Assembly: GCA_964234715.1 (NCBI GenBank)
Contig: OZ174292.1
From: Podarcis melisellensis
Taxonomy: Eukaryota
DNA length: 64,000 bases
Direction: 5' to 3' (one strand)
Shown piece after piece: positions 13,529-27,451 of this stretch (the stretch's first letter is position 1; every line of letters begins with the position of its first letter). Below the pieces are notes generated by a model, which was not told where the DNA came from, made no database searches, and saw only the letters and a list, made by a program, of their open reading frames with translations. Made by a program: the position numbers and the translations under genes.

Positions 13529-14679
13529 CTAAAAAAGGGAGGGTTTTCATTTTTGTTAGCAAATTTTTAGTAATTAAGGGGGGAAAGAATAAACCACGTT
13601 AGCTGCCCTTTACTGCTTTTGATCCAGCAATACTCGGGAAGATAGTAATGTTCTGTTTATCTTCTTTTGTCTGTAAGTATATGCCACAACTATGTATGAT
13701 TCTTCAGAATTACCTGAAAACTTCAGTTATTTGGGGGAGACCTTAAAATAATGATTCCCAGCAGCTTCCTCAATGATTCGCACTAGCTTTTCTTTGCATC
13801 AAACTTCTATGATATCCCATTCAGAGTTATATTATGTTCTGCTAGACAACAATTCCTTTAACTGGAGGCACACTTCAAGTTAAACTGGATTTAACACAAA
13901 TGCATGGTAATGGCTTGCTGTAAACTAGCTTAGGTTTCTGCAAGCTCTGCTCATTAGGAACAGCTAAAGCCAGCTCTCTTTTTCTTCAAGACATTCAAAA
14001 ATGCAATCTCAACCTTTAAGTCTGGGGTAGCAGGCAGGAAGTTGGAATAGTAGTTGTAGCTCTTCAGTTGCCTGATACCACTTGCCAGGACACTGGCACT
14101 GATAGAGGTATATTTTGTCTACTCTAGATTATGGCCATCTAATACCCATTTACAAGGGGAATCTCTTTTCTCAGTATTTAGGGCTGTTGTTTCACCACAC
14201 AAAGTCCTGGAATTGCCCCTGGCAGACTACCTGTCAGAAGGCGGAGATGAGCAGACTTGCTATACTCCAATTTTTGGTTTTACTCAAAGGGAGGTCATTA
14301 TGTTCCACCAGCCATAAGGGTCTTTAATGCAAAATCTGTTCCCCAACTCCTATATACTTCAAATGTCTGGTATAATGGTTTATTTCCTAAGCTTGATGGC
14401 TTCTAGGCAAAGTTCCTTCGGTCCCAACTTCAGGTTCTAAACTGTGTTCCTAATTCAATTCTATTCCTGGAAAGGTGAATGTCCACTTTTCACCAAAAGC
14501 ATGATGGGCTGCCTTGAGATACTGGTTAAAGATTTTGGTATTTGGCGTGGAGGAGGGATTATATTTACATTTAACCAATGAGGAGTCTATCAGCTGATGG
14601 TCAAAAGCTATGGCCCCCCAAATCTCCTGAATTGGACTTTCACCATCCTTTTTACATCATCTGGGTAATGACATTGCCC

Positions 14680-15240
14680 CTAAATTCTTGAGCCAGAGGT
14701 GATGGGATACTGCATACAGAGATCTTTGCTCTCGATCATATGTCACCTGTAGACCGTTTCTGTTCAGAATCCATTATGGGCATGATTTTCAATTACCCTT
14801 GTACCTTACGAATCTGTCAGTACCCAATTATCGTCAACTGTTTACCAAAGTCAGATTAAATGTATTTCCATCTGCAGTTCTAAACGGCAGACTGACTGGT
14901 ATACCTTATCATAGTAGACTCTGTTCATGTTCTCAGGCTGTCGATTGCATGAAGCATATCTTAATACACTGTGGGCTGTATGAACAAGTCAGGGATCAAT
15001 TAATTAAACCCTTACTGGTAAATTTACCAGGGAATTCTGATACCTTCTATCTCATCATGTCAAAGATAAGTCAAATGATACTACCCAGGCCATAGCAAAA
15101 TTTATCTCAAAGGTAATAAGAAATAGAAAACATGCTCTGGATAAAACATAGTGACTGCCTTGGAATCTTTTCCATGTATCTCTGTTGCATTTTGCATTTG
15201 AAACTGTTTTTTGTGGGTCTTTGGACCATAATGAAGAATG
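14680..15240 (+). mobile_element. Non-LTR retrotransposon ORF2 C-terminal fragment, same class as 2430-2780
   Basis: LFTKVRLNVFPSAVLNGR..GIPYHSRLCSC....DCMKHILIHC. Confidence 0.65.
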
Positions 15241-15279
15241 TTGTTGTTGGTAGGGGTATATAAGGCTGTCTTAAGATTC

Positions 15280-15666
15280 ATGTAATTGTTCTCTCCTCAT
15301 GAACCTACCAGGACCCTGAGATCATCTTCTGAGGCCCATTTTTTGACTGCCTCCTCCATGAGTGGTCCAGAAAGTGGCAACAAGAGAACGGGCCTTTTCT
15401 GCAGTGGCTCCCTGTTTGTGGAATTTTCTCCCCATGGAGGCTTAGCTGGTACCTTCATTATACACCTTTAGGCACCAAGTTTCCTTCCTCTTTGAATAGG
15501 CTTTGGGATGATTGACATCCAATGCCCTTTTGTGTTGTGGAAGGGGGGTTATTGGGTTGCCTTTGTTTTGATTTTTATCATGTGCTTTTTATATTGTGAT
15601 TTTGTGTTGTTAACCGCCCTGAGGTCTGCTGGTTTGGGGCTGTATACTAATTAATTAATTAATTAA
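15280..15666 (+). mobile_element. L2-like LINE 3' end; related ends at ~2122-2390(-), ~31690-32070(-), ~56898-57160(+)
   Basis: RTLRSSS...RAFS motif, terminal accgccctgag stem-loop and (TAAT)n/(TAT)n tail. Confidence 0.65.
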
Positions 15667-15882
15667 ATCCTCCCACTTTGCCTTCTTCCTTCTTGCTTCC
15701 TCCATCTCTTTGAGACTCCTTAGGGTAGTGATAAAGCGGGATATCAAATCCAAACACCACTTCTTCATCTTCTTCTTCTTGACTCAACTTTTGTTAACCA
15801 TTTTGAATGTGTCTGCTTAATGAGAACATTCCTTCATCTCAGGTTTTACCCTTCAAGTCTTACAAACTGCAAAACAACTTAC

Positions 15883-15980
15883 TTTGAAAGGCAGAGCAGA
15901 GTTGTAATTCTCTGGTATCTCCCAAGAGAGCAATACCGATGTCTTCATCACTGCTTTGACATGAAAATTTTTTGCAAACA
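15883..15980 (-). CDS. PTPRD: PTPRD exon, FN3 repeat 8 first part ([33 protein letters not shown]), 98 nt; alternative start at 15983 adds Ala
   Basis: Manual translation; NAGNAG acceptor ttccagcag|TG, donor AAA|gtaagt. Confidence 0.95.
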
Positions 15981-16355
15981 CTGCTGGAAAAGGAAAAAGC
16001 AATGTATTTAAAGTACATCTTGACCTTGGGATCCCATCCCATTTCCGACACTAAGCACACTCAACAATTCTCCTACCTGCTTTTAAAAACCATATCCCAT
16101 TCTTACAAATGGCAACTCAAACGTTCTATTTCTCTTACCTGCAATTATTGCGTAGATGTGAGCCAGACTTGCCTGATATAGGATAACTGAATACTAATGA
16201 ATCCAAAACACGTAAGGTTTCACATACTTTACCTCTGATGTTAGTCGAAACTATTTATACGATGGTTTGGTCAGTTTTAGTAACAGCTTCAAAAATATCG
16301 ATATCCAAAGACCGAAATTCCTTTAAAATAAAAGTCATAAGCAGACAAATCCTAC

Positions 16356-16943
16356 CTTGATCCACAGGTAGTGTCCTGAACTGGACACTGGGACTATATG
16401 GACCAGGCCCTTTGCTTGTGTGTGCACGTATTTTTACATCATATGTGGTATCTGGTTTTAAGCCTGAAAGCGTCATAGTAATATCAGCAGGAACAACAGA
16501 CATCTCCGTTTGGTGATGTGCCACATTGATATCCCTGTACTGCAGAGTGTATTTGGTGATAATACCATTTCTTTCTGATAGGACGGGCGGTTGCCAAGAG
16601 AGCTGGACTGAAGTTGAGGTGGCACTTTCCGAGCGCAGGTTTTGAGGGAATCCGCTTGGCAGATCTTCTGGGATCGAAATTTCCTTTACCATCTCCTCCC
16701 CAAAGCCCACTTTATTTCTAGCTGAAAGCCGGAAGACATACGAAGTCCCCTTGTGAATATCTGTCGCGGTGTAGTGGTCGTCCTTGTCGGTGAAATCCCG
16801 CGTCGTAAAGGCATCTATGTCTTTGCGGCCAAACCTCAGGCGGTAGCCCTGCAGAGGACCGTATGTGTCGACAGGCGGGTGCCACTGAATTAGAGCTGTA
16901 CTCATTTGTGTGTGGCTAATCACAAGCCGAGGTTTTCCTGGAA
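16356..16943 (-). CDS. PTPRD: PTPRD exon, FN3 repeats 6-7 ([13 protein letters not shown]...RTLPVDQ), 588 nt
   Basis: Translation; acceptor ttgcag|TT, donor CAAG|gtagga. Confidence 0.97.
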
Positions 16944-17068
16944 CTGCAACACAAGATGATGTTAGCAAGTAAAGCACGCGAATGAATCATTTCTAACAAA
17001 CTTTATTCATGTATCTTGAAAAAGTTATGTATGTGATGGACACACTATTTCCTCCTGTTCATCAAGTA

Positions 17069-17329
17069 CTGTATTTTTCGCTCTATAAGAAACACCAGAG
17101 ACCATAAGACGCACCTAGTTTTTGGAGGAGGAAAACAAGAAAAAAAATATTTTGAATCCCAGAAGCCAGAACAGCAAGAGGGATCGCTGCACAGTGAAAG
17201 CAGCAATCCCTCTTGCTGTTCTGGCTTCTGGGATAGCTGCACAGTGTGCATTCGCTCCATAAGATGCACACACATTTCCCCTTACTTTTTAGGAGGGAAA
17301 AAGTGAGTCTTATAGAGCAAAAAATACGG
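17069..17329. mobile_element. pogo/Tigger-like MITE; relatives at ~10162-10542 and 23831-24245
   Basis: TIR C(C/T)GTATTTTT..CTCTATAAGA with flanking TA; internal inverted repeat. Confidence 0.75.
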
Positions 17330-18290
17330 TATTCATTCAGACAGCACAACAAACGTAGGCATTTTGTCTTTCCTCCCTCCTTTCCCTAGCTTCTAACTGG
17401 AGGGCTGGGGGAGATAAGCAGAGTGTCTATTTCTATGAAGCCTAGCGACAGAATAGCTTTTACACATCTGGACATAGTTTTTAAGTGATTAATGAAAACA
17501 AACTAAAAAAATCCCAGAAAACTCACATGTTGAGAAAGGGTGTACCTCAGTGGCACATGCCTTGCATACAAAAGATCCAATGTTAAAGTCTAGCATCTCT
17601 AGGGAGAACTGGAAAAAGATTTGTGCCTGAAACCTTTAAGAGATGCTGCCTTGGTGTAAGGTCAGAGTCATTATATGTTCATTTGCTACATTACTATGAT
17701 CTAGTCCGATGGCAAACTTGCCCATTTCAGATCTCTGGCCATATATATATATATATATATATAAACAGGTTTGGTATCCGAGTTTGGAGGAGGATCTTAA
17801 ACCAGTTTCTTGGTTCAAAACTAATGGAAAACAGTGGTTTAAGAAATCAGACTGTGCTCGCAAAAGGTGGGTGCCTGAGGGAGAGGAACTGGGAGGGAAA
17901 TGCGCAAGCACATAGCTCATTTTTGTTCTTGTAAAATGTAGTTTATCAGACATTTGAATGAGGTCATTATAAGCATATATGCAAGTTTCCCACTCCATTG
18001 GCAAGAGACAGTGTTCAGCAGAACCAAGTGGTTAAGTTCACCCAGGCCTATATCACTTCAGGCTGCAGGTTGGGAACAAGGTATACAAATAACCCATCTT
18101 ACAAACAAACAAACCCAAACCTCAGCTACTTAGCTTGCACATACAAAACCAATATATCTGTAGGAACATTTTAGTCTAGATTTCAAACATAGGTGGAGTA
18201 GCAGTCAGACAGGCAACTCTTCCTCTGAACAGCACAATGTTGGAAAAAAGCATTATGATTTAATTTTACAAAGCTAGCCTGGATTTCATA

Positions 18291-18500
18291 GTCAAAACAA
18301 CAACAAAAAATTCCTTCCAGTAGCACCTTAAAGACCAACTAAGTTAGTTCTTGGTATGAGCTTTCGTGTGCATGCACACTTCTTCAGATACACAGAAAGC
18401 TCATACCAAGAACTAACTTAGTTGGTCTTTAAGGTGCTACTGGAAGGATTTTGTTTGTTTGTTTTGACTATGGCAGACCAACACGGCTACCTATCTGTAA
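18291..18500. mobile_element. Short fold-back remnant of a Penelope-like pseudo-LTR
   Basis: Perfect inverted repeat of about 53 bp (18313-18365 vs 18395-18447) around a hammerhead motif. Confidence 0.7.
18354..18391 (-). ncRNA. Minimal hammerhead ribozyme motif from a second Penelope-like family
   Basis: guau-CUGAAGA-a-GUGUG-caug-CACAC-GAAAGCUC^-auac: 4-bp helix I, 5-bp helix II, palindromic AGCU helix III. Confidence 0.75.
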
Positions 18501-18613
18501 CTGGATTTCATACTTAGCCTGGTTTGCACGTAATGTTAAATAATGGTTTGAATAAACTATAGTTTATAAACCATGGTTTAGTATTATGTGCAAACCTAGT
18601 CCACTGCCTCAAA

Positions 18614-18956
18614 AAAGGTAAAGGTAAAGGACCCCTGACAGTTAAGTCCAGTTGCGAACAACTCTGGGGTTGCAGCGCTCGTCTTGCTTTACAGGCCGAG
18701 GCAGCCAGTGTTTGTCTGCAGCCAGTTTTTCCAGGTCATATGGCCAGCATGACTAAGCCGCTTCTGGCAAAACCAGAGCAGTGCATGGAAACGCAGTTTA
18801 CCTTCCCACCGGAGTGGTACCTAGTTTTTTGGGGGGGTGCTTTCAAACTGCTAGGTTGGCAGGAGCTGGGGTCGAGCAATGGGAGCTCACCCCTTCACAG
18901 GGATTCGAACCACCAACCTCCTGATTGGCAAGCCCGAGAAGCTCAGTGGTTTATTA
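18614..18956 (-). mobile_element. Sauria SINE (head truncated)
   Basis: Homologous to 2987-3343. Confidence 0.85.
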
Positions 18957-21331
18957 ACTAGGGGCAGTGCTGCTTTTGTAGAAAAAGAGGTGCTGGAACT
19001 CAGCATGAACATCTCCCTTGTGGCTCCCACCTGGGAGGCGCCAGAACTGAGTTCTGACTGGGGAAAAAAGCCCTGGTTATGGGGTTGCAAGAGAAAATAA
19101 ACCATGGTTTGCTGTTTACTTACTGTCTTAAAACCATGGTTTAATGTGATGTGTGAACCTGAGCAGTGTCAAGCTTCTGTTTGTGCTAAGTGATACCCTA
19201 TTGAACTTTCAAACTTTGGCTAGCAAAAGGCTGAGAGCAGAGGTGTGAGCGTTTGTGCTGAGCAAAGCATATAAAATGAACTCAGCTCTCCCTTAGGAAA
19301 AAAGAACCAAGTTATAAACTCTTTAGAGAGGTCATACAGTCCATGCAAAATCCATGACCTTCACTAATACACGCAGTATATCTAAACCCTCCTAATAGCA
19401 TAGGAGGCAATGTATGGCCCTGAATCCGTCCCACTGCCCCCCTCCCATTTCTATCTAAATGCAACTCTTTATTACACACCCAAAAAGAGTGTTTTCTTTT
19501 TTAAAAAATGGGGCATACCCAAGTACTAGCTATTATTATCAACAATACACAAATACAGATGTTGTATAGCTATTTTCCACCTCTTCCTCACTGCTAACAC
19601 CTTATTCTTGTGCAAATAGAATCCTGTGCATTGTACTGTACAGGTTTTCTCTTTTCTTCCCAGTGTACGAAGTATATCTCTTTGCTTAATTTTGACTATT
19701 CCCTACTGCTGCGTAAGAGGCAGCTACAGAGCTGAGAAAAGACTATAGCTGTATCTATTTCAGGCCCTATTTTTCATTGCATTATAACTATCACTGAAGC
19801 CAATGGAGCACAAGGAAAAGCAGGTGAGTCCACAGAAACAGAATAATAATAACAACTGCTTCAGATTTCTAAGAAGAGGGGCTGCGGGGAGCTGCCGCTA
19901 AATTATTTATACCGTAAATTGCTTTTACTATTGTGGCAGCTATCTGGGTTTAGACAATTTAAAAAACACACACATTGATCTGTTTTGCCTAAATATATAT
20001 TTAGCCACATGATGTGAGACTTACTATTATTTCTTTGTGGCAGAAATAATAAATTGAAGATGACTCACATGCATCGTAAATCATTTGGTAAAATAAAAAG
20101 CAGATTAGAACATTTTGTTGTATATCAGGCTTATTATAGTGGCTAGAATCCAACTGATTGGGAAATTCTCCTGAACGGGCACCACCAACACTGAGTTGCA
20201 CAACAGTACTTCAATTGTGTTTTTAATTATGAATTTTGGAAGTAGCTTCACATTTCTGGAAAAGTTAATAACAGGAAGTTCAGTTGTCATTGCCGTGAAT
20301 GACAACATCACAATCTATATATTTAAAATAAAATAAGTCCATCTACAGGAATTCCTTCTGCGCAAGTACTCAGTTTTTTCTGGTCCCACCTTTTTTTTTT
20401 TTAACCTTCCTTCATCCAAAAGCTACACTCTCAGTCCTCATTGGGGTCTTGCCACCAGTTTTATCTATTTGGTAAAATTGTTTTAGTATTTCAAATGTTT
20501 TATACACTGAGGCCAGGGGTAGGCTACCTAAGGCCCGGGGGCCAGATGCGGCCCAATCACCTTCTAAAGCTGGCCCACGGACAGTCCAGGAATCAGCATG
20601 TTTTTACATGAGTAGAATGTGTCCTTTTATTTAAAATGCATCTTTGGGTAATTTGTGGGGCCTGCCTGATGTTTTTACATGAGTAAAATGTGTGCTTTTA
20701 TTTAAAATGCATCTCTGGGTTATTTGTGGGGCATAGGAATTTGTTCATTTTTTTCTTCTTCAAAACATAGTCCGGCCCACCACAAGGTCTGAGGGACGGT
20801 GGACTGGCCCATGGCTGAGAAAGGTTGCTGACGCCTGACTTAGGCCTACCAGGGGCATATCCTAGGGGGGCAGAGGGCCATGGCCCCATGTCCATGAGCC
20901 TGGTGCCCACATGCAGGCAACTGCACTGTGGTTGTAGAGGGACTCAGGAGAGGTGGCAACTGCTTCACTCACAATATACTGCCAGGCGAAGCCTCCATCA
21001 CGCTCTAGCCCTGGGTGATGTATCAATACATAGCCCAGGCCTATTCTCCATGTGCCAAGGGCTACATTGGCGGGCTGGACTCCACCCCACAGGTGGCTCA
21101 GTGTGCCCCCCATTTTTCTCTGGTGGGGTCGCTCCAGTTTTACCATCATTGAGGGCTAGGCTGGCACCCTCCATGCTTGATGCACACACCTGCCCTGATC
21201 ACCGGAAACTGCTGCTATGCCACTGAGACATGCCACAGCCACCTACATGAACGTTTTGAGTTTCAGTTTGGAAAGCATCAAAGCACAAACTGCTGGTTGC
21301 AAGGAAATGAAAGGAATCTCCATCTATTTAC

Positions 21332-21449
21332 CTGCACCAGTAGTGGACACCAGTCTGGGTTTGCTTCGTGCTCCATCTCCTTTGGTCGTATAGGCCGTCA
21401 CAGTGAGAGAATAGGTTGTCTCGGGCTGCAAACCCGCTATTATCATTTC
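21332..21449 (-). CDS. PTPRD: PTPRD exon, FN3 repeat 5 second part ([39 protein letters not shown]), 118 nt; absent from the ORF track
   Basis: Manual translation; acceptor ttttag|GAA, donor GCAG|gtaaat. Confidence 0.95.
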
Positions 21450-24400
21450 CTAAAATGAAGCACAACAAAGACAAAAAGCAGAATGCATATTAAAACATAT
21501 GCACTACTAAATCAAGATTGTTTTGCCTTGCAATTAGTTGCAACATATAACATTCAGCGTCCATGGCTTTCGTGCGACCTGCAGTGATGGCAAGCTTTTG
21601 GTCGGACCAGAAGAGTGGGTGAGGCCTTGCAATGCACTGTATTTCACTTATGTCAGCAATAAGCATGAAGGCATTTCTGAGCAGCATGCCCCAAGTCGTT
21701 TTGTCAAGCAAAAGGCCAAAGGCTGAGTGCTGTTAACTGTACTAACAGAGGAGGGGGGAATCCTTTTGAAATTCACTCTGTGTAGAGTCTTATTCCTGGT
21801 GTAGTACAAATAAAGTGGGGAATGAAAATTAGGTTTGATTTATGAATTTACTAGCCGTTATTTAAAAAGTTATGCTATCACTGCCTGTATACCTGAGAAC
21901 CCTACTTACATTCCAACTTCTAAAGCTGTTTTATGCAGTGCTATTTTTCTAGGGGAAAAAGGTGCCAGAACTCACCACAAACACCTCCCTTGTTCTCTTA
22001 TAATGAGCACTCACACTTTACATTGTGGGTGCCCTTTGCGGGATTGCGCGTGGTGCTACAGTTCCCAGGAAGCTTACTGGCAAACAGGGGCTGGCTTGCC
22101 TCTCACTGTTAATTTTTGGAGGTTCACACCCAGCCTCAGTGATCAAGCTTCTTGCTGGGAGGTGGCACCAGCCCCATTTACAAATAGGGGGTGGAGCCGA
22201 CAATAGCCAGGCAGTCGGCGCTGGAGATTCACCCTACCTACTCTCCCTTTGTTTAATGTTTCTTGTTTGCAGGTTAACTTTTTCTTCCTGTTTATCGGGC
22301 ACTGCTACCGTCTTTGACTGATGGCTGTTGAAGGACCGGGAATAAATTTTCCTGCTTTGGCAGGTTTTGTCTTTCCTGTAGCAATTCGTCACAGCTTTGG
22401 CGGTTATGGCCTTGGGTGGAATCCTTTAGTCTTTTCTTCCTTATATTGGGGGGTGTGTGTGTGAAGTGGTTACTCACCCCCCTGTGGCGGCGATTCCAGG
22501 GTCCCCTCTTAAATGGGTTATATATATATGGGTGTCACTGGCCATACACTGAAAGGTCGTCAGTGAACTACCCTGCGTGTGGGGATATGGGCTGAGCTGC
22601 CTGCTACACTGATGTCTCGCATATCTCATTTACCCTAATAAGCCCCAGTTCTCCCCAGGAGGGGGGCTGGGAGGGATACACGCCCAATGCCTAAGCCAAG
22701 GTGAGTTCGGGCTGAAAAAAAGCCCTGATTATATGTAATATATGAAGGCTGCTTTCATATGCACTGTTCCCAGAAGTAAGCCCAGCTACTTCCGAGTAAA
22801 GCATGCATAGGACTGGACTGCACTGTTGTAACGCTCCACACTATTATGAACATTCATTTGATGTCAGCCCAACTAAATGTAACGGGGATATTTTTAAAGT
22901 TAATATGCACAGGATTGTACATGAGAAAGCCTTTTCTTTTAGTGATTAAAAATAAAACATACATACACTTTTATAAAAGTAGTGTTTGTAAAGTGGCATT
23001 CAATATAAGAGTAATTTGTTCTCTATAATCTGAAAGAGCCATTAAACATAATTTGAAAATTTGGTTGCAATGGAACAAGAGAAGATGGAAAAGGCATTTA
23101 GTATTGAATACAATGTGTTGCTTTTTTAATAAACAAAAGGGGATGAAGATTAAAGCATGTTTGAAACTGGCTCTGAGGGCAGGTTGAGAAAGTTATAAAT
23201 CAGTAACAATCAAATTGCTAATTACTGAGGAAAGGCTCATAAAGTGAACAGAAGTGGGAACTAATGATGTTTAATTTACAGACTAGGTATCAAGAGTATG
23301 ATCCAGCCAAAATTAAGCCTTTTAAGATTTACATATATGTGCTTAACACACTCCCACTGAAATCAATGGGACATAATTCGTAATGTAAGAAAGCATGTTC
23401 TTAGTTCTTTCTTACTTCCAATTAGTAAACCCTATATGCACTTTTTTCAACACTAATAAAAATGGCAGAGTTGGGTTGCAAATGGGGCTTCATGTATGGA
23501 TGGCAGAGTTTGCAAACAGATTTGTTATTAAACAGAATGGCTATAAAATGAATAGCTTAATCAACTCAGAGTGCCCATGTGTGGAGACTTTCCATACATT
23601 AGTAGAGCTCTGGTTTATTCGTGATTCCACCTATCATGGACAGCACAGTTGGCTGTTACCATCAAAAGAAGCCTCTTCTCTTCCCTTTAAATCCAGTTGT
23701 GTTGCTTATGTGCAAAGGACTGAAAATAGGGATTTTTGGGTCATGTGACAAACACCTATATATCAACACTGATCATCCTAGGAGTAGATTGAGTCCTTTC
23801 TGTAAAAAGTATGACCTTGCCTCAGAAATACCGTACTTTTCCGTCTGTAAGACGCCCCCATATATAAGACTATTTTGGGGGACTCAAATTTAAGAAAATG
23901 GGGGAGATGGCACAGATGTTTTTTTTGCAGAGGATTGCCCAGAGTTCCAGAGACTTTTTCAGAGGGGAATGCCAAAAATCGCTCATCCGCCCACATCGCA
24001 AAATCTGCCTCCCATCTGTCCCATCGCCGGCAGAAGCTGCCAATCATCCGCTCAACTGCCGAAGCATCAGCCAATCATCACCACCCATTGACGTGGCAAC
24101 CAATAACACGCACAACAGCCGCTGACAGCCTCAGCAGCAACCAATCAAACGTCCACCCTATGCACTACCCATGTATAAGATGACCCACACTTTTTAGCCT
24201 GATTTTTAAAGAAAAAAACATAGTCTTATACACGGAAAAGTATGGTAGGTTGCTTGAGGTTTGTAAAATGCTCATGTATGTGTAGAATCCATGAGTGCTA
24301 TCACCCAGTAAGATAACAATAACAAAATAGTTGTATTAATGGATAATAAAAATGGGTTCAGTAATATGCATCTGAAAAATGCAATCCAAGGTCTTCAGAC

Positions 24401-25262
24401 TTGGGCATTTGGTCATTCTATGAATAACCCTATCAAGCATATGGATTTAATCCTATGGGACCAGACATCTCTTCCCAGTTAAATGCTTTTTTAAAATGTT
24501 CGTTTTCAAAGATTGAACGTGGCAGACTGAATCTGAACAAATACTGAATTATCCACAAGAAAACAATGTGTGTGGATATTCAACATCAGTTCACTGACTG
24601 ACGACATTTCATCAAATGGAGAGAGGAAACTAGAATATAGTCCACCCTCAGTTGCTGGGGCTTCAGTTACAAGTGGAAGAGACAGTATTGGTGGGGGAAA
24701 GAGTACAGATTAAAGAGTATCTTTTTAAATGGAGATGATGGAATCTTAGTTAATAATGATGGAAGTGATATCTGCAACAAAGCTGTTTAAACATCACTGG
24801 CACACAGCCAGTACCAATGTATATTTTCATAAATATACATTTAATATGATGTGTCAATAATGGAAATGGGCACCATGTTAGCAGCTAAAAATAAAAGTAA
24901 TTTGTTTTATAACAAACCCTGAGTGCATTGGGACCTGAAGGTGCAGAGTTATCAAGCAGATGGGAATGAGTACATGTTTTGTGTTATTTTAAGAATAGTT
25001 TCCTGGAGTGCATTGCGAGATAAAAGTTAGTGTCAGTGACTGAACAGACGAGTATGCAAATTCAACACACTTAGAAAAAAATCAGCACTACGCCAAACCA
25101 AAAGGAAAGAAAGAAGAAGGCAGAAAAATCCAAATGCCATAGATGATGAAATAAGGTGTTAATCCATGCACATGTGCAAACAACCAAATGTAGGAAAAAT
25201 AAAGATTAAAGCAGAGAAAAAGCCACCACACTTTTTTGATTGGCCAGTCAGTTTTTACTCAC

Positions 25263-25289
25263 ATGTTCAGTAGTATCATCATATTCCCA
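25263..25289 (-). CDS. PTPRD: PTPRD mini-exon meC (LASE-c equivalent), 27 nt, WEYDDTTEH
   Basis: aattag|TGGGAATATGATGATACTACTGAACAT|gtgagt; phase 0/0; matches the mammalian WEFDDTTEH insert; TGCATG about 95 nt downstream (25165-25170). Confidence 0.94.
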
Positions 25290-26790
25290 CTAATTGAGAG
25301 TAAAGAATGTTGGGAAGAAAAACAGAAGAGATAAGGAGATATTTGTAGCCTGGGCTGAGGCAACGTTATTCTTAGGACAGAAAAAAATTTGTAAAAACTA
25401 GCTTGCAAAAAATCAGCCTGAATTTAGCTCCTTAAAAAAGCAGTGCGACTTGTTGCCAAAATTGTAAATAAGTAACAGACTCTCCTTCTAGGAAAGTAGA
25501 GATCCCAGTCTGGAGTGCTTTTATTATTTCATAGTAATGTTTCATGACTGCATTAATTTGAGCTGCTGAGATGTAATGAAAGGCTACATTTTGTTTAATC
25601 ACATGCTACTAAGCCATATTCATTTTCATTTCTATTTTACCTTGTCAAAATTAATTCAGTGCACCTGTTTAGATTAATAGAGGCAATTTATATGTACTTG
25701 AGACTTCATGTCAGTAATGAAACCCTATGACCAACAGCACATTTTCTCTGCTCCTTCTATCATCTAAAATTGGAATCTGACTATAGTCCCCCCCCCCAGG
25801 GAAAAAAAAATATGTTCAAGAAAGACACAACACGACCATATTGTTCTTCCCTTTTCTTTCTTTTTTACATCATTGCCCAGGTTCACAATGAAGCAAAGGA
25901 AGGAATAGTTTGTTCTAATGGTGCTAAAAACATTGGTGAGAATAAGGAAAGGGGCTAGCACGTTCAGAAATCATTTAAGGAACACGTCAGCAAAATAGAA
26001 GTGATTTATATCTCCACAGGGGGGAAAAGTTACAGTTCCTCTTTGAATGTACTATAGTTATCACAAATTGTTTCCATCTAAACTGTTTAGAGCATAATAT
26101 CTGATGATTATGATTGTCTATTGCCATGTTTTCATCCAGAATCAATCTTAAATGGAATACTTTTGTGGGATACATATTTTATGATACCAGCACAATGAAC
26201 TCAAGAATTTCAAGCTCATAAAGCACATAGAGATAATTAAAATCCTATATTTTTGAAGCTTCCTTAATGTGAACAAATCTATTCACTCAGAACATAAATT
26301 CTCTATTATCTGTTACAATTTGTGTGAGAGAAAAATAAGCAGTTTTACACTTTCACTACATCACACCAGGAATATCTGTAATAATATTGAATCTAGACAT
26401 CACTTGTTACTAGGTCAATTTTCATTTAAACCACACTCCTCTATATTTAATGTATGTAATTGAGTTCAAAACCTATAATACCAAACTCTAGCTGATACTG
26501 CACTTGACCCAACCAAAATGATTTATTTCAATGGAAGGGATTTAAACAAATGCTTAGCTTAAATGATTTGAAATTAATGGGACTTAAAATGCTTAACTTC
26601 AGTTGGGTTTTGCTCACGGAGGTAGTGACAAATTAATGCAGCAACAGGACCCAGATTTTTTAAAAATAAAAATCCTACTGATGCAATTCCTGGAAACAGG
26701 TTAGAAAATTCCTGCCAGTCACAGAAAAAATACATGAAATGTTAACTAATAGTCATAACATTGAGAAACATCTTATTCCCCCTTATATTA

Positions 26791-27128
26791 GTAAAGGTAA
26801 AGGGACCCCTGACCATTAGGTCCAGTCGTGACCGACTCTGGGGTTGCGCGCTCATCTCACTCTATAGGCTGAGGGAGCCGGCGTTTGTCCGCAGACAGCT
26901 TCCAGGTCATGTGGCCAGCATGACTAAGCCGCTTCTGGTGAACCAGAGCAGCACACGGAAATGCTGTTTACCTTCCCGCCGGAGTGGTACCTATTTATCT
27001 ACTTGCACTTTGATGTGCTTTTGGACCAAGCAACAGGAGCTCACCCTGTCGTGGGGATTTGAACCGCCGACGTTCTGATCAGCAAGTCCTAGGCTCTGTG
27101 GTTTAACCCACAGTGCCACCCGCGTCCC
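26791..27128 (-). mobile_element. Sauria SINE
   Basis: Homologous to 2987-3343; TSD ttatatta; internal deletion. Confidence 0.88.
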
Positions 27129-27451
27129 TTATATTACATGAATGTAAAGTAAGAGGAAAGTAGACACAATTGATCTTGCTTATCAAATACACAACAGATA
27201 TAGTTCCCAGTCTAGAAATCCTTTATGTGAGACTATCCTAGCCAAATGGGGAACTGGCACTGTCTCTTCTGATAGTACCAATGACCTAACAGGGAAAGAC
27301 AAAGGCAGCACTGAAAGTTCAAATTCTGCATTTCAGGTGCACATCTTTAGAAATGGTGGCTTCACCCCACTGCAGTGCAACTACTTCATACAGATTGCTG
27401 CACATCCAGAACGGTGATTTATTTATAGGAATAAAATCAAGTTTCAGAAGT

